A DNA stretch of 64,000 bases from positions 1 to 64,000 of the forward strand of contig JAQGDQ010000660.1 in the NCBI GenBank assembly GCA_030141605.1, read 5' to 3'. The notes beneath the pieces are model-generated. The model did not search any database. It was not told the origin of the DNA and saw only the letters and a program-made list of their open reading frames with translations. The position numbers and the translations under genes were made by a program. This document shows positions 61,801 through 64,000 of the stretch, in pieces. How positions within the stretch are numbered: position 1 is the stretch's first letter; each line of letters starts with the position of its first letter. Source of the stretch: Tubiluchus corallicola. Taxonomy: Eukaryota > Animalia > Priapulida.

Positions 61801-64000
61801 TACATAATAAATGATAAATAACTATATGAGAAACAGCAGAATGCACAGAAGATGACTAAAGACTATTTTTATATTAAAATATTATGCAATACTGAGGAAG
61901 AACACATTGTACAACACAGAGAAACACAAAAACATGAATGTGGGCTTGATTATCTTATAAAAGGCACCACTTACATTTTTAATACAGTAGGTGCCGCTTA
62001 ATAGATTCACTTTGGGATGAAAGTGTTTTGATCCAATTAACAGACTGAATCTATTCTATCGGACGTAGTACTGTCCAAGCTTGATCTTTTATTTTGAATG
62101 CCTGCGCAAGCCAAATAAACACTATTTTATTTTTATTCTTAACAATTAGGTTAATATTAATATGTTGCAATATTATAGTGCTAAGGTTATTTGAACTTGA
62201 AATATTTCTTTACGAGGTGAAGAGATGAAGCAGTTTAGTTTTGCATATGTACAGCTGTGAAATCGGCACGGTAACCTAGTTATGTTTAACACATACTTGC
62301 CTCTCATTGGTTATTTTAAAAATGCATAAACACAGGTGATTCCTACAGGTCGTGGAGAAGTGAATTTCTCGATCTAGCTATACAGTTGATACTTAGTTTT
62401 TGAGTGTATTGTTGCGTGTGGCAGGCACATCTAAAGTCTGCCCACACTGCTCAGTTCGAACATCTCTAACGAGATTGATTGAGATGTTTTGATTTATACT
62501 ATTGTGGAACTTCCTCAACTGATATAAACGGAATAGAAACGGCATGTTAATATGGTAAATGGAATACGGAACTTAATCTAGACTTGTATTGGTGATACTC
62601 CCAGCAAGTTGGCAGACGGAGTCGAGCAAGCTAGACTCACGAGGAAGTTGTAGCTATCGTGTCAGTGGTGAGGCGAAGGGGTGGTGGTCCTTGAGGTGAG
62701 CTGTCAGCGGCTGTTGGAACTTGGTGGAATCGAATGACGGATGGTATGTTATGAATCGATAACGCATAGAATGGAATGGAATGTTGCAGATACGTTTACA
62801 AAGTCTAGTGATGAAACCATTGTCATGGAATGGAAATGGAATGGTAACGCAGTTGATGCCAGGACTGGAACTCCGACGTGGTAAACCGGGTACCGGTATG
62901 CTTGTAGCCTCCTATACACTTGTACAGTTTTGCTTAAATGATCTGTGCACAGTTTTTTTCATGCATATTATATTTGTAATTAAATAAAGCAATTGAATTT
63001 AATGCCCAGTTTATTTAGACTAATAGAGATTGTCAATTTCTTCTAAATATTACATCACAACAGTGACGATGTTACGCGTTAGGGAAATAACACAGAACCC
63101 TTAGCACGTGCTTTAGGAAGGGCCGTCACATCTATCATGTGATAGATTTAGTAATATTAATGTAGAAGTATAAATCATCAGCTTGGTATGCAGTGCAAAG
63201 TTTTTAAATGAATTTAAAAATGAAATAATGCCAAATTTCTATGCAGTTATTTAAAAATATTAATTTGTAAGGTGTATTAATAAAAAGAGAAGTTCAAAAA
63301 GTTTACTTTTCTAATTCTTTGACAGCAGTTTGTGGTGCCCGTGTTTTTCTGCAATTGGCTTTGTCTGTAGTTTCGTCTAAGCTTCCGCTTGCTGTCATGA
63401 CAATTTCATCATTGGTTAATTGGTGAAAAACAGCGACAGTTTCAGAAGCAAACCGCAGAGCAAGTGCTTCTATGTCTTGTTTCCATAAGTTCTTGGGTAA
63501 CGAGGTTAATGCAGTTAGCACGTGGGTCAAAGCAAATCCTCTAGGCTAGCATATTAGCATATGATAAACGTTGCTTTTTACAATCAAAACTGTGCATAAC
63601 ATGATTACTTCTACATATACTATAGAACAAAAGTGAACTAAAATGACATAAAAGTCATAAAAACTTATTGGTCACACAAAAGTGTTTTATTGAAGCTTGT
63701 GAAACCGACATATTATGCAGAGTTATTTGAGCTTATTATCATATATATATATATATATAATTGTTATATACATATGAATAGAAGCGGTCCTCACTAGGTG
63801 AATAAATTAAGCGACTGATTCTATGCTTACTGTAATATGCTAAAATCTTATTGTTCTCTTTCTGTACAACTAAGAAGCAGCAGATTGTTTAATCAGCTTT
63901 AACTGAGAAAAAACTTTTGGTAAGTCTCAACGTATTAACTTAACGGCTTGAGGAAAACAAATAATATTTTTCAACTCAATTCTTCCATTAAAATCAACCA

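Noticed and set aside
62503-62918. Possible minus-strand LTR fragment
   Set aside because: Termini and TSD could not be confirmed.
1-64000. Prokaryotic systems (CRISPR arrays, operons, rRNA)
   Set aside because: No regularly spaced repeat-spacer array or rRNA-like sequence; the window is intron-rich eukaryotic DNA.

Overview
AT-rich animal (probably invertebrate) genomic DNA. The main feature is one large + strand intron-rich gene that the ORF track only partly shows. Reading splice sites by hand gives 20 coding exons from 4617 to 60071 that join without a stop (4477 nt, at least 1492 aa, still open at the 3' end). The protein has a signal peptide, 10 WSC carbohydrate-binding-type domains, 2 C-type lectin domains, then at least 2 more WSC domains. 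Every domain boundary is a phase-1 intron. The WSC domains form a higher-order five-module repeat (E-A-B-C-D)x2, then CTL-CTL-A-B. An apparently identical copy of exon 6 plus downstream intron (1-1163 = 14567-15729) lies upstream of the start codon. The introns are full of transposable elements: a near-full-length decayed BEL/Pao LTR retrotransposon, a decayed L2/Crack-type LINE carrying a nested solo LTR, RTE and other LINE relics, two related solo LTRs with 4-bp TSDs, hAT-type MITEs, tRNA-derived SINEs (one MetaSINE-like), Penelope-like relics with degenerate hammerhead motifs, and a 545-bp tandem duplication. The gene model is by eye, with no transcript or database support.
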